A stretch of DNA of 46,925 nt, taken from Pseudomonadota bacterium (GTDB taxonomy: Bacteria; Bdellovibrionota_B; Oligoflexia; Oligoflexales; CAIMVM01). The stretch is from positions 1 to 46,925 of the forward strand of contig JBAXBA010000021.1 in the NCBI GenBank assembly GCA_037142195.1, in the 5' to 3' direction. Below, one piece after another: positions 18,362-28,351 of the stretch. A model generated the notes under the pieces. The model worked only from the letters and a program-made list of their open reading frames with translations, did not search any database and was not told where the DNA came from. The first letter of the stretch is position 1, and each line of letters opens with the position of its first letter. The translations under genes and the position numbers were made by a program.

Positions 18362-19894
18362 ATGAGTATCAATCACGTCAGGAGAATTCGAGGCAGTATT
18401 TCTGGCTCCATCGACGTAACGCCTTTAGAAGACTTGGTCATTGCTCACCCTTGGTTTCAGCGACTGAGAAGGGTGAGACAAACGGCTTTTTTAAATTTAG
18501 TTTTCCCGGGAGCCAGTCACTCCCGTTTTGAACATAGCATCGGGGTCATGCATCTGGCCGGAGTTGCTTGGGAGAAAATCAGGCAAAATCAGTACCGACT
18601 CGAGCTAGCTACAAAAAAATATAAGGATTTCTCCCATCGCGAAGAAACCACTTCGGCTGGGCAAGGGCTTCACGGAGTTTTGTATCCGACATTTGAACTC
18701 TCAAAGAAGATTTTCCATTCCGAATACGTTTATGAGGCCCTTCGTCTAGCAGCTCTCATGCACGATATGGGGCATGCCCCATTTTCCCACTCCGCAGAGC
18801 GATTCTTACCTTCAGCGGGAGCCATTCTAGAGCAAAATCCATCCCTTCCAGAATATCTCAAAACCTGGTTGGAGAAAAAGTCGAAACGAAATGGCGATAA
18901 GCCAGTAAGTCATGAAGTCTTTACAATTTTAATCATCGACCAGGTTTTGAGGGAAATATACGAAACCCATAAAAATCTTCCTTTAATCGTGGATCCTCAG
19001 GATGTGATCTCGATTATTAGTACCTCGATTCCCCCTAAATCACACTCACCCCTGGTTGCTTTAAAAGCTCAGAAACTCTGCCATGAGATAGTTTCTGGTG
19101 AAGTGGATATCGACCGCATGGACTACTTGGCCCGCGACTCTAAAGAAGCAGGTGTCGTATATGGCATTTTTGATGGGGACCGCATCCTGGATTCTTTGTG
19201 TATCTATTATGATACGGAAGAAGAAAATCTTCACTTAGCGATTCAGTTTTCTGGCCTTGCCGCCTTTGAAGACTATCTGCGTGCGAGACAGTCCATGTAT
19301 CTGCAGCTTTACTTCCATAAGACTTCAGTCGCTGCCGAAGCCATGCTTCAGTACATGATTGAATCCTTGAATGATTGGCGGCTGCCGGGAGATTTAGCAA
19401 AATACTGTGCGGTGGACGAATGGAATATTGTCCCCCTATTGGAAGAACAATCCAAAACCATCATTGCCGATCCTAAGCGGCGCGCCCATTTTAAGAAGAC
19501 TATGGAAGATTTAGTTCTAAACCGCCGCTTATGGAAACGGGTCTATGAGATTTCAGGAACTTCTAATGCAGTTGCCTTTGATCCGTCTTTGGAACGAGCT
19601 AAGAAAATTCTACAGGATCTAGGTTTTGAATTTCAGCAGATTTCTAGTGCCAGCTACTTGACCAAATTTCGGGAGCGAAAGCCCCACGAAATGAGTGCCA
19701 ACTACCTAAGGTTGATTAAAAAGGACTCGAGGCTCTTTCCAAGGGTGGTGCCCATTGAGGATTTTTCTTCCATCGTGTCCCAAAAGTCGACTGTGCACAT
19801 AAGCCGCCTCTATGTGGAACAGATGGAGACTCCCAACGGAAACTCCGTCGCTTTAGCCAGATCTGCCCTCATTGATGGCTTAGACAACGAGTAA
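18362..19894 (+). CDS. HD-domain phosphohydrolase (dNTP triphosphohydrolase-like)
   Basis: FQRLRRVRQ, HSRFEHSIG, LMHDMGHAPFSH, DIDRMDYLARD and YFHK motifs. Confidence 0.9.
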   Translation: MSINHVRRIRGSISGSIDVTPLEDLVIAHPWFQRLRRVRQTAFLNLVFPGASHSRFEHSIGVMHLAGVAWEKIRQNQYRLELATKKYKDFSHREETTSAGQGLHGVLYPTFELSKKIFHSEYVYEALRLAALMHDMGHAPFSHSAERFLPSAGAILEQNPSLPEYLKTWLEKKSKRNGDKPVSHEVFTILIIDQVLREIYETHKNLPLIVDPQDVISIISTSIPPKSHSPLVALKAQKLCHEIVSGEVDIDRMDYLARDSKEAGVVYGIFDGDRILDSLCIYYDTEEENLHLAIQFSGLAAFEDYLRARQSMYLQLYFHKTSVAAEAMLQYMIESLNDWRLPGDLAKYCAVDEWNIVPLLEEQSKTIIADPKRRAHFKKTMEDLVLNRRLWKRVYEISGTSNAVAFDPSLERAKKILQDLGFEFQQISSASYLTKFRERKPHEMSANYLRLIKKDSRLFPRVVPIEDFSSIVSQKSTVHISRLYVEQMETPNGNSVALARSALIDGLDNE

Positions 19895-19899
19895 ATCAT

Positions 19900-22170
19900 T
19901 CAACTTTGGGTCTTGTTCCTGTTTTGTACGATCATAAATTTGATGCTTGCTTGGGCATTTTCAAAGCTATAGCCAAATTGATTCTCTAGATTTTTATACG
20001 CATCCCGAGCTTTATTGAGATCTGATTCCGAGAAGTCTTTCTGTTCGGGAGTGTCGAGGGACATCATGGCTTTTAAAGCATGATCTATTTTGTCTTTTCG
20101 TTCTTTATAGTAGTGGGCTTTGATGGCATCTAGGAGATCCACAAAGATCTCGGATATGACGATATCTTTGTCGGGGTTTTCAATTTTTCTAGCCGCGATT
20201 CGAGAAAGTAAGCTCTTTCGGTATGCGAGTTTGTCGCCACCTGGCACCTTAAGAAGTTTTTCGACGTCTTCCATAATAGCTTCGCTGGGCTGGGAATACT
20301 CACCCGTAGCAGCATCTTTAATGCGCTGGTTTTTAATTTGCGCGACGAGGTGATCCACATAGCGTTTTAAAAGGCTGTCGTACTGGGTTTCATCGATAAG
20401 GGAAAGGGACGAAAGGAGTTCTTTTTCAAAGAGAGCCGTATACTCTTCTTCGATGATCTTTATAAACCCAGCTGCATCATGATACCCGCCTCTTGGCTCA
20501 AACTGGAGAAATTCATAGACTGTCTTATCGCGAGTGAGGTCTCGTAACTCGTTAAAGATATCCATGGCCGAAAGCGTCTTTTTGATGTCGATTTGACTCG
20601 CTCGGTAAAGCAGGGCGCGGATTTCTCTAGGGCTTGCCCCAAAGCGTCCCTCATAGACGATCATACCTCTTGATTCCGCCAAAATAGTCGGATGAAGTTC
20701 TTTGAGGAGTTGCTTTTGATCCATCCTAAACTTGGAATCCAGTACCATGCCGCTATAAAGCTTGGCTTTAGAGAGGGGGTCGAGTTTTGCTATAGAAGCT
20801 CTGTGCTCGCGGTCGTAGATTTCTCCGTCAGGTTGCTTTAAGCGGGTCATGACCGCCCAAGTTGCCAACATTTGCAGGGCATAGGGGCCCACTTTGACGC
20901 TTTTCTTAAGAACTTCGATGTCCTTTTTATAGATGGCCATTTCATCTTGAATCTTTAAAAGGTAAGGGACTGCCACGAGCTCCATGCGGCCTTTGAAAGA
21001 CGAAAAATCAGGCATCTGTTTAAAAGCATCTAAATGCTTTTCATTAGAAGTCGCGATATAAACCACATCCAGATGGGCTGACCCGGAGCCTAAATTGATC
21101 AAGCCCTTTTCGATTGTCGAGATGAGATACTTAAAAGTCTCGACCGGACGTTTAAGTAGATCGGAAAATTCCAAAAGTCCCCGATTGGACTCGACCAACT
21201 CGCCACCGGCTTCGAAAAAGCTGATGGTTTGAAGGACGGAGGGTATATTAGAAATGTTGCGGTCCATGGTGAGCTGCTTTTCCTGGGCATCAATGCGCAG
21301 TTGAGGCTCTACGGTGGATATTCCAATTCGGTATTGTTTTGAAAAATAAAATCTTTCGACTTGAATATGTCTAAAGACTCGTTCCAAATTGCCTTGGTAG
21401 GCGTTAAGTAGATTTTCCATGATTTGCTGATTACGTTTAGACAGAGAGTTTCTTAGGATATGGGGTGGAAGCTCTACGGATTCGAGCTTGAGGCCTTCTT
21501 TGTCTGCAATCGCCTGACGCAAGAACTCTTCACGAAACGGCATGGGGAGGAGAAATAGGGGATTCTCTTTATACTCAGAAGCTATTTTTGAAGCGATTTT
21601 GGAATCATCAAGATGGGCATAGGACTTGGAACTCTCACCACTCGAGATTTTGCCCGAGTCAAAACCAATGGGAGAGAACTCACCTTTCATGGAAGGAGTT
21701 GCGGATCTGTCCGTAGGGAAAATCCAATTGAAACGATAGACGGCTCCTTCGCTTGTCTCTGAGTATCTTTGCATGGAGTAGGCCACCGCATCGACGGTGG
21801 AAGATTTGGAACTGCCATTCGGGCCATGAAGCAAGATGAGTTTGGAATACTGACCTTGTTTGACATAAGACTGAAGAGTCTTATAAATCTCGCTTTGGAC
21901 AGTTTCTCCACCAATAATCGGATCACCCTTCTCCGTGCCGATATCAAAAATCTTATATCGTGTCGTCTTGATATTTCCGGAAGTAGTCTCTTTAGAGCCG
22001 AAGTAATCAAAGGCATCGATGATGTATTTACATGCATCACGAATATGCTGACGGGGGGATGCCCTAACTCCTTCAAGAAACTCTTGAAACGTCAAAGTGA
22101 CATCTTGTTTTCGGTGGCGATCTTCTAACTGCGCGCTCACCTGATGCAAATAATCTTGAGCGTTGTTCAT
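19900..22170 (-). CDS. prkA: PrkA-family AAA+ ATPase / serine protein kinase
   Basis: LLLHGPNGSSKS-type Walker A (ILLHGPNGSSKS), SNRGLLEFSDLLKRP, VPYLL and YEGRFGASPRE motifs. Confidence 0.85.
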   Translation of the reverse strand: MNNAQDYLHQVSAQLEDRHRKQDVTLTFQEFLEGVRASPRQHIRDACKYIIDAFDYFGSKETTSGNIKTTRYKIFDIGTEKGDPIIGGETVQSEIYKTLQSYVKQGQYSKLILLHGPNGSSKSSTVDAVAYSMQRYSETSEGAVYRFNWIFPTDRSATPSMKGEFSPIGFDSGKISSGESSKSYAHLDDSKIASKIASEYKENPLFLLPMPFREEFLRQAIADKEGLKLESVELPPHILRNSLSKRNQQIMENLLNAYQGNLERVFRHIQVERFYFSKQYRIGISTVEPQLRIDAQEKQLTMDRNISNIPSVLQTISFFEAGGELVESNRGLLEFSDLLKRPVETFKYLISTIEKGLINLGSGSAHLDVVYIATSNEKHLDAFKQMPDFSSFKGRMELVAVPYLLKIQDEMAIYKKDIEVLKKSVKVGPYALQMLATWAVMTRLKQPDGEIYDREHRASIAKLDPLSKAKLYSGMVLDSKFRMDQKQLLKELHPTILAESRGMIVYEGRFGASPREIRALLYRASQIDIKKTLSAMDIFNELRDLTRDKTVYEFLQFEPRGGYHDAAGFIKIIEEEYTALFEKELLSSLSLIDETQYDSLLKRYVDHLVAQIKNQRIKDAATGEYSQPSEAIMEDVEKLLKVPGGDKLAYRKSLLSRIAARKIENPDKDIVISEIFVDLLDAIKAHYYKERKDKIDHALKAMMSLDTPEQKDFSESDLNKARDAYKNLENQFGYSFENAQASIKFMIVQNRNKTQS

Positions 22171-22597
22171 AGCTACCCCCTAGGCCAAGTCCAAATATTA
22201 CATTTACCCTATGATACCATTGACTCCTCCAAAATGCTCTTAGAGCCCAGAAGTTATTTGGAACTATGGGAGTTTCCCGCATGGATGTCGATTCCGAGTT
22301 CTTGGGCCAAGTGCTGATGCAGGTCCTAGGTGTTTTTAGAATTTAGGTGTAAATGGAAAGACTGGCATTGTTAACAGGAATAGGGAGTGCCTGCCTTCTA
22401 AAAAGAATAGGCTCTCTTTGTGATCGTGGTCAGTAAGGTTATTAAATTGCCAAACCAGTATTGCCTGTTTATTGACCAAAGACTCAAAACAAGAAGATGG
22501 AATTTTTTTACGACAACTTGAAATCTTTATGATGATTAGTTTTCTATTATGGGATATCGTTCTTGAAACTTAACCATTTCTATAAGTGAGACACGGC

Positions 22598-23929
22598 ATG
22601 AAAAAGATTTTCATCCTGGATACCAATATACTTTTGAGTGATCCAAGAAGCATTTTTCAGTTCGATGACAATGATGTCGTGGTTCCCATAAGTGTCATTG
22701 AGGAAATTGATACCTTTAAAAAGGACTCTTCGGAGAATGGACGTAATGCCCGGGAAGTCTCTAGGATTCTAGACCGTCTTCGCGCTAAAGGCACACTCTC
22801 CCATGGGGTTCAGCTTTTCGAGGATCGAGAAGATTCAGGGAAGCTTTTTGTCTATTTAGGGCAGTCCATGACGATTCTGCCAGAGCTGTTAGCAGACTCT
22901 ACAGATAATCATATTTTAGCCATCGCTCTTACTATGCAAAAGCAAGTAGGAGACCCGAACAAGGTTAGGATTGTAACAAAAGACTCCAATCTCAGAATCA
23001 AAGCAGATGCCTTTGGCATTGGCGCTGAAGACTTCGAGGCCGATAAGGTTTCCGTAGATGAGTTCTATACAGGAGTACTCCGACTTAGCGTCCCAGCAGC
23101 TTTAATCAGTGAAATGTATGCTAAACGTGAAGTGATCATTAAAGGTCAAGCCTTTGCCCCGAATCAGTTTGTGGTCCTTTCTGATGATAAAGACCCCGCA
23201 CAGACCGTGCTTGGTATCTATAATGGTGACTTAGAGCGGGTAGTGATGCTTGACATTCCACGGGAAAGCGTCTGGGGTATCTATCCCAGAAACCTGGAAC
23301 AGTCTTGTGCACTAGCAGCCCTTCTGGATGACAATATCAAATTGGTAACTCTTTCAGGTGGGGCTGGTACGGGAAAAACCTTGATGGCTATAGCTGCTGG
23401 GCTTGCTAAATCCACCGATGAAGACGTCTATCAAAAGTTGTTAGTAGCAAGACCTATATTTCCTCTAGGAAAAGATCTTGGCTTTTTACCAGGCGACTTA
23501 GATGAAAAACTCAATCCTTGGATGCAGCCCATTTTTGACAGTCTCGACTTTTTGCTTTCGGGAGGGGCTCCTTCCAAACAGAAGCGTTTAAATAGAAGCT
23601 ATCAAGAGCTCATAACTCAAGGCATGTTGGCGGTGGAGCCATTGACCTACATTAGAGGCCGCTCTCTACCTAATCAGTATTTTGTAGTGGATGAGTCTCA
23701 AAACCTTACCCCCCATGAAATCAAGACCATTTTAACCAGGGCGGGTGAAGGCACTAAAATCGTATTAACGGGTGATCCCTATCAAATTGATAACCCTTAT
23801 ATCGATTCCACGAACAACGGGTTGACCTATGTGATTGAGCGATTCAAGCATACTAAAATCGCAGCTCACGTCACGCTTCAGCATGGCGAGCGAAGCGACC
23901 TAGCGACCCTAGCCGCGGAACTGATGTAG
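22598..23929 (+). CDS. PhoH-family ATPase with N-terminal PIN domain (PhoH2-type)
   Basis: FILDTNILL PIN start, GGAGTGKT, GFLPGD, YIRGRSL, DESQN and GDPYQID motifs. Confidence 0.95.
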   Translation: MKKIFILDTNILLSDPRSIFQFDDNDVVVPISVIEEIDTFKKDSSENGRNAREVSRILDRLRAKGTLSHGVQLFEDREDSGKLFVYLGQSMTILPELLADSTDNHILAIALTMQKQVGDPNKVRIVTKDSNLRIKADAFGIGAEDFEADKVSVDEFYTGVLRLSVPAALISEMYAKREVIIKGQAFAPNQFVVLSDDKDPAQTVLGIYNGDLERVVMLDIPRESVWGIYPRNLEQSCALAALLDDNIKLVTLSGGAGTGKTLMAIAAGLAKSTDEDVYQKLLVARPIFPLGKDLGFLPGDLDEKLNPWMQPIFDSLDFLLSGGAPSKQKRLNRSYQELITQGMLAVEPLTYIRGRSLPNQYFVVDESQNLTPHEIKTILTRAGEGTKIVLTGDPYQIDNPYIDSTNNGLTYVIERFKHTKIAAHVTLQHGERSDLATLAAELM

Positions 23930-23969
23930 ACAAAAATACTCACGATCAAGAATCAGAATAAAAATGAAT

Positions 23970-23999
23970 CGAGGAGCTTTGAGCTCCTCGTTTCCATTT
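23970..23999 (+). terminator. Intrinsic terminator after phoH-like gene
   Basis: Stem CGAGGAGC/GCTCCTCG with TTTGA loop, followed by TTTCCATTT. Confidence 0.65.
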
Positions 24000-24449
24000 C
24001 ACCATCGGTGTAAATTCCCTTCCCAGGGATTATTTTTTTGCTATGTATTTATTTTTAGCACGTTAAGGTGGCCTACCCGTAATATGAAGCTCTAGATGCA
24101 ACTTACTTGAAGTCTTGTGATGTATCATGTGTTTTTCCCCCCTTTTTCGATTTGTCCCAAGCTTGAAGCCTAAGGCCGTTTATGGTTCCCTACACACTTC
24201 ATAAATGTCTCTTCGGGCGAAATGCCCCTGGTTTGAGTTTAAATTTTTTCTTTATAACGTCCGGCAGGTTACCTAGGATGATTTCAAAACGCACTTTTGG
24301 CGCTCTCCAAGGGCGGATTCTTTTTGCCATAAGATTAGCTAGTTAGCTCAAGATCTCAAAAAACCAAACAAAAATATATTTGCAAGGTTGGCTCCCACTC
24401 GGGATTAGTGTATTAATTAGGCCTACATACTAGGTGAGAGGAACCTTTT

Positions 24450-24944
24450 TTGGAAATATTGACCCGCGGAAAAGCAAGAGCGTATACCAGCGTAAGACTC
24501 GTTGGTGGAGAAAATCCAGAGATTTTATCGATCGACGAGGTATTTGGAAGAGCAGATCAAGAAGGGCTTGACGTGATCCTAGTTAGTGATCAGTCCAATC
24601 CTCCCGTGCTTCGAATTGCCGACTTTAAAAAGCTTGAGTACGAAAAGAATAAAGCAAAGAAAGCCAACAAAACAGTGGCGGGCCAGCTTAAGGAAGTTCA
24701 ATTTAAAGTAAATATTTCTGACCACGATTTAGAAACCAAAGTAAAAGCGATCAAAAGATTCGTGGAACAAATGGATAAAGTAAAGATTTCTGTACGTCTC
24801 AAAGGCCGCGAGCGCGAGCAGCCCCAGAGAGCTTGGGAACTTTTAGATAGAGTAGTTGCTGCTGTTCCTGAAGCAAGAGCCAGTAAAGTAGATGGTCCGA
24901 TTGCCATCGCGATTTTAGAGCCTAAGTCCCAAAAATCCAAATAA
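24450..24944 (+). CDS. infC: Translation initiation factor IF-3
   Basis: GLDVILVS..SNPPVLRIADFKKLEYE, KEVQFKVNISDHDLETK and KVKISVRLKGRE motifs. Non-AUG start (TTG) after GAGAGGA. Confidence 0.9.
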   Translation: MEILTRGKARAYTSVRLVGGENPEILSIDEVFGRADQEGLDVILVSDQSNPPVLRIADFKKLEYEKNKAKKANKTVAGQLKEVQFKVNISDHDLETKVKAIKRFVEQMDKVKISVRLKGREREQPQRAWELLDRVVAAVPEARASKVDGPIAIAILEPKSQKSK

Positions 24945-24963
24945 TCATCCCTCCATTTTGACA

Positions 24964-24989
24964 TATCCGCCCCATTTGGGGGGCGGATA
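24964..24989 (+). terminator. GC-rich hairpin after infC
   Basis: TATCCGCCCC / GGGGCGGATA stem. Confidence 0.6.
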
Positions 24990-25020
24990 AAACTATTTGA
25001 AAAAAAAAAGCGTCGATTTA

Positions 25021-25049
25021 TTGACGAAAGCCAAAAATTTGTTTCTAAT
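25021..25049 (+). promoter_or_regulatory. Putative sigma70 promoter
   Basis: TTGACG-17 bp-TCTAAT with an upstream A-tract (about 25000-25009). Confidence 0.55.
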
Positions 25050-25158
25050 ATAAACATAACAAATTCTCAAAAATGAATTTTTAACTGCCAGGCAGGAAGC
25101 TTGGCAGTGGTGGGAAAATGGTAGTTTTGTGGTGTTTACTTTGGAGGCAGGGGCTTTT

Positions 25159-26064
25159 ATGAAAAAAATGGCTGAAAATCGATATCCTCACTCGGCAACA
25201 TTGTTTAGATTTTGCAAGGAAGCCTTGCAGATCCGCTACACTGGTGGGGTCAAGGTGATAGATCAAGACGTGGGAGCGATTCTTGGGTATGATCCTGCTG
25301 ATTGCAGCCATTGGAAAAAAGGTAAAAAGAATATCCGCTCTTACAGCACGATTCGAACCATCGCGGATCACCTCAATGTCGACGATCGACTGTTGGTAGA
25401 AATCACTGCTGGAAAAGTGGGACTTGAAGAAGCCCTATTTGAATACCGCGGATACGGAAACTTCTCTCTCACGGGCAAAAGTTTAGAGAATGTCAGAAAA
25501 GAATACTTCACGAACCCACAAAGGTGGCAGCAGACGGATTCCGTTCAACGAACAAGTTTTGAAGATGTGTTTCGAGTAGATCGACCAGCTATTGAAGCCA
25601 TCGTGGAAAAAATAGTAGCTATGGGCAATTTTATTGAAGCACCTATTTATGTTCCCGAAGTCTTTCAGCTTTTCTCAAATATCAAGATTGAACGTGATGA
25701 GTCTATGGGTGAAGCGGTAAGAGTCATCAATGATGGGCAAGGAGTCAATCTCAGAACGGTTGTTCGCTACAAAGGAATGGAAGGCCGTCCTTACGTTCGT
25801 TTTCTTATGGCTAAAGAACTGTTTTTATTTTTAGTTCGTTCTGGCAATCAAATGGTCCGCCATCTCCAACAAGCTTCTTCAGAAATCATAGAGATCCAAG
25901 CTAATATTTTTGTGGAAAATCTTTTGGTTCCTAGTCGCATGCTAGGCGCTGCGATTCAGGCGGCTGATCCCACCAAAGACTTGGTACAGCAGTTATCAGA
26001 AACATTCTGGGTTTCAAAAACGTTTATGAATCAAAGACTCCGTGACTACCTCGAAAACATATAG
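25159..26064 (+). CDS. XRE-like HTH protein fused to an ImmA/IrrE-like domain lacking HExxH
   Basis: N-terminal DQDVGAILGYDPADCSHWKKGKK resembles an XRE HTH. C-terminal RFLMAKELFLF...EIQANIFVENLLVP...LSETFWVS matches the IrrE RFxxAHELGH...ExQANxFAxxLLxP...LAxxFxVS frame. Confidence 0.7.
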   Translation: MKKMAENRYPHSATLFRFCKEALQIRYTGGVKVIDQDVGAILGYDPADCSHWKKGKKNIRSYSTIRTIADHLNVDDRLLVEITAGKVGLEEALFEYRGYGNFSLTGKSLENVRKEYFTNPQRWQQTDSVQRTSFEDVFRVDRPAIEAIVEKIVAMGNFIEAPIYVPEVFQLFSNIKIERDESMGEAVRVINDGQGVNLRTVVRYKGMEGRPYVRFLMAKELFLFLVRSGNQMVRHLQQASSEIIEIQANIFVENLLVPSRMLGAAIQAADPTKDLVQQLSETFWVSKTFMNQRLRDYLENI

Positions 26065-26072
26065 ATAGAATG

Positions 26073-26101
26073 AAAAGGCTCCTTTCGAGGGGCCTTTTTT
26101 T
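26073..26101. terminator. Bidirectional intrinsic terminator
   Basis: AAAAGGCTCCT-TTCG-AGGGGCCTTTTTTT between convergent genes. Confidence 0.85.
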
Positions 26102-26315
26102 ATGACGCAAAACTTCAGACCCCACCGATTCTCACAACAATGACTAATTGGAATCAAAAGCTTTTAGATACGAGGCGACAACACCGGGATTTCTATTTAA
26201 AGAAATTGATATGCCGCTTGAATGTTCATTTTCTCACAAAAATACACCCTAGCTTCGGCTGTGTAGTGACTTGCATTCCTTTTTGAATATCAAAGCTTTG
26301 TAGGAGGCTTTCCAT

Positions 26316-27212
26316 TCAGCTCCATGATTTAGCACTTTCCTCTAGAAATTTTAAAAAGATTCTCACCCTTAAGGTCATGAGGCGGCGACCGGGAATCACA
26401 ACGTAGATAGATTGCGGGTTTACGATCTGGTACTTTTGTAAAACCTGCTTAAGCTCACCCTTAGCAAGATAGTCGCGTACGTCCCATTTAGACCTAACCG
26501 CAATGCCACCGCCGCAAAGCGCAAACTCTGTCAAAAAAGTTCCGCTATTTGCTTCTATTCGTCTCGACTGTGAGAGATTCTTCAACTTTAAATGGCAACC
26601 TTTGATAGCGCAGTTTTCATAGACGCCGAACATGATCAGGGGGTGAAGGCTAAGGTCTTCAATGTGCTTTAGAGGAAGTTTGGTGCGGCTTAAATAGCTA
26701 GGGGATGCGCAAAATATCAAATCATTAGGACCGAGCGGTTTATAGATGAGTTCAGAATTGTCTGGAGGGGGCTGTATCCGAATGGCAAGATCCATCTGGG
26801 ACTCAATTAAATTGACCATTTTATCGGAGGCGTCTATCTCAAATTTAATTTTGGGATATAGCTCGCAAAACTCAAGAATCAGGCGCGGCAAAATTCGATT
26901 TGCTAAGCCATTGGTGCAAGTTAGACGAATCGTACCTGAAATTTCACTTTCGGATTGAAACCGATCTTCAAAGCTACGGTAATCTTCTAAAAAACTTTCT
27001 ACTTGTGAAAGAATTGATTTTCCTTCGCCCGTGAGGCCTACCGCGCGAGTCGAGCGAAGAAACAATCGCAAGCCGAGACTTTCCTCTAGCTTGGCGATTT
27101 TCTTGCTCAGAAAAGGCGTTCCGATTCTGAGCCTAGAAGCTGCTTTAGTGAAGCTTTCATCCTTGGCCACCCAATAAAAAGCTTCCCAAAGGGATAAATC
27201 CTGAATTTTCAT
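26316..27212 (-). CDS. LysR-family transcriptional regulator (CrgA-like)
   Basis: SFTKAASRL...LEESLGLRLFLRSTR..LTGEG HTH, 298 aa, DLAIR substrate-binding domain. Confidence 0.95.
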   Translation of the reverse strand: MKIQDLSLWEAFYWVAKDESFTKAASRLRIGTPFLSKKIAKLEESLGLRLFLRSTRAVGLTGEGKSILSQVESFLEDYRSFEDRFQSESEISGTIRLTCTNGLANRILPRLILEFCELYPKIKFEIDASDKMVNLIESQMDLAIRIQPPPDNSELIYKPLGPNDLIFCASPSYLSRTKLPLKHIEDLSLHPLIMFGVYENCAIKGCHLKLKNLSQSRRIEANSGTFLTEFALCGGGIAVRSKWDVRDYLAKGELKQVLQKYQIVNPQSIYVVIPGRRLMTLRVRIFLKFLEESAKSWS

Positions 27213-27213
27213 A

Positions 27214-27230
27214 ATTTCCTTTATGGAAAT
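27214..27230. promoter_or_regulatory. LysR-box palindrome
   Basis: ATTTCC-TTTAT-GGAAAT containing T-N11-A, between the divergent lysR and DUF2608 genes. Confidence 0.6.
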
Positions 27231-27309
27231 AGTCTACTTCCATAATCGTATATTATCTCTTATAGGAAATAAAGATATACCCCCTCCAACCAGAGAAAGG
27301 GTTTAGAAA

Positions 27310-28116
27310 ATGAATTTCAAAAATGTATTTGCACTCACAGTAAGTCTAATAGGAGGTTTCTCAAAAAGCTTTGTGGCCTTTGCTGAAATTCGAGAAGTGA
27401 AGGCTATGTATGAGGTGTCCACCAGCATACCATCAGGAGGTGTCGTAGTGTTTGATCTTGATAACACTGTTTTGGAAGCGAAGCAGACGCTGGGAACTGA
27501 TCAGTTTTTTACCTACTTAGTGAAGAAAGCAGAAGAGGCAGGTCTCCGTGGACAGGAGGCTAAAGACTTAGCATTGATTCAGTCGGCGGATATTCAGCCA
27601 ATCTCACCAGTAAGATTAGTGGAAAGGTCTACGCTGGGGTTTTTGAGAAGTCTTCAAGAACGAAATGTAACGGTTTTTGCGCTCACTGCAAGGCCCTTTG
27701 CTTGGGCCAAGGGGACTTTAAATCAACTTGCCAGTCTTCAGGTTGATTTTTCCAAAACAGCTCCTCGAATCCCAAAGGACACCAATAGATCTCTTAAAGA
27801 ATGGAGCTATCAAGGTGGTGTGATCTTCTTACAGCCAGGACAAGACAAAGGAAATGCACTTGTCAACTTTTTAAATTCTAGTGATCAAAAACCCAAAAAA
27901 ATTGTCTTTATCGACGATAAGCCACACAACGTTAAAAGCGTGGAAACAGCTTTAAATGATGCTGGAATTGAAAATGTAGAATTCCGATACGGCGCAGCAG
28001 ACGAAAGAGTCAAAAATTTTGACTCTCAACTCGCCAACTTTGAGTTCCACTATTTTCTCCTTCATAAGGTTTTTCTAGACGATGAAAAGGCAAAGGAATT
28101 ACTTTCAAACAAATAA
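27310..28116 (+). CDS. Exported HAD-superfamily protein (DUF2608-like)
   Basis: Signal-peptide-like N-terminus. HAD motifs VVFDLDNT, ALTAR, DKG and FIDD. Confidence 0.8.
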   Translation: MNFKNVFALTVSLIGGFSKSFVAFAEIREVKAMYEVSTSIPSGGVVVFDLDNTVLEAKQTLGTDQFFTYLVKKAEEAGLRGQEAKDLALIQSADIQPISPVRLVERSTLGFLRSLQERNVTVFALTARPFAWAKGTLNQLASLQVDFSKTAPRIPKDTNRSLKEWSYQGGVIFLQPGQDKGNALVNFLNSSDQKPKKIVFIDDKPHNVKSVETALNDAGIENVEFRYGAADERVKNFDSQLANFEFHYFLLHKVFLDDEKAKELLSNK

Positions 28117-28351
28117 AGAGGCCATTCTTGGGTAAAAGCGTCATGACTATGTTAGATATCAAGTGATCCATAAAGCTTACCTTTGGCTTTAAGTCTTTTC
28201 AAAGCGGAGCCGAAGGATTAAAAATCGGCTGAAAATGGTTCAGATGGGAATATTTGAATGAAGATTATTTGCAAACTATTGAGGAACAATCGGAAGAGAA
28301 GGTTGAAAGGAATGTCGGGTCGACGCCATCCCTAGTGAGAACTTCTAGCCA

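Noticed and set aside
18362..23929. HD dNTPase + PrkA + PIN-PhoH as an anti-phage system
   Set aside because: Three separate transcription directions, each a widespread housekeeping family, and the HD gene is coupled to pyrD.
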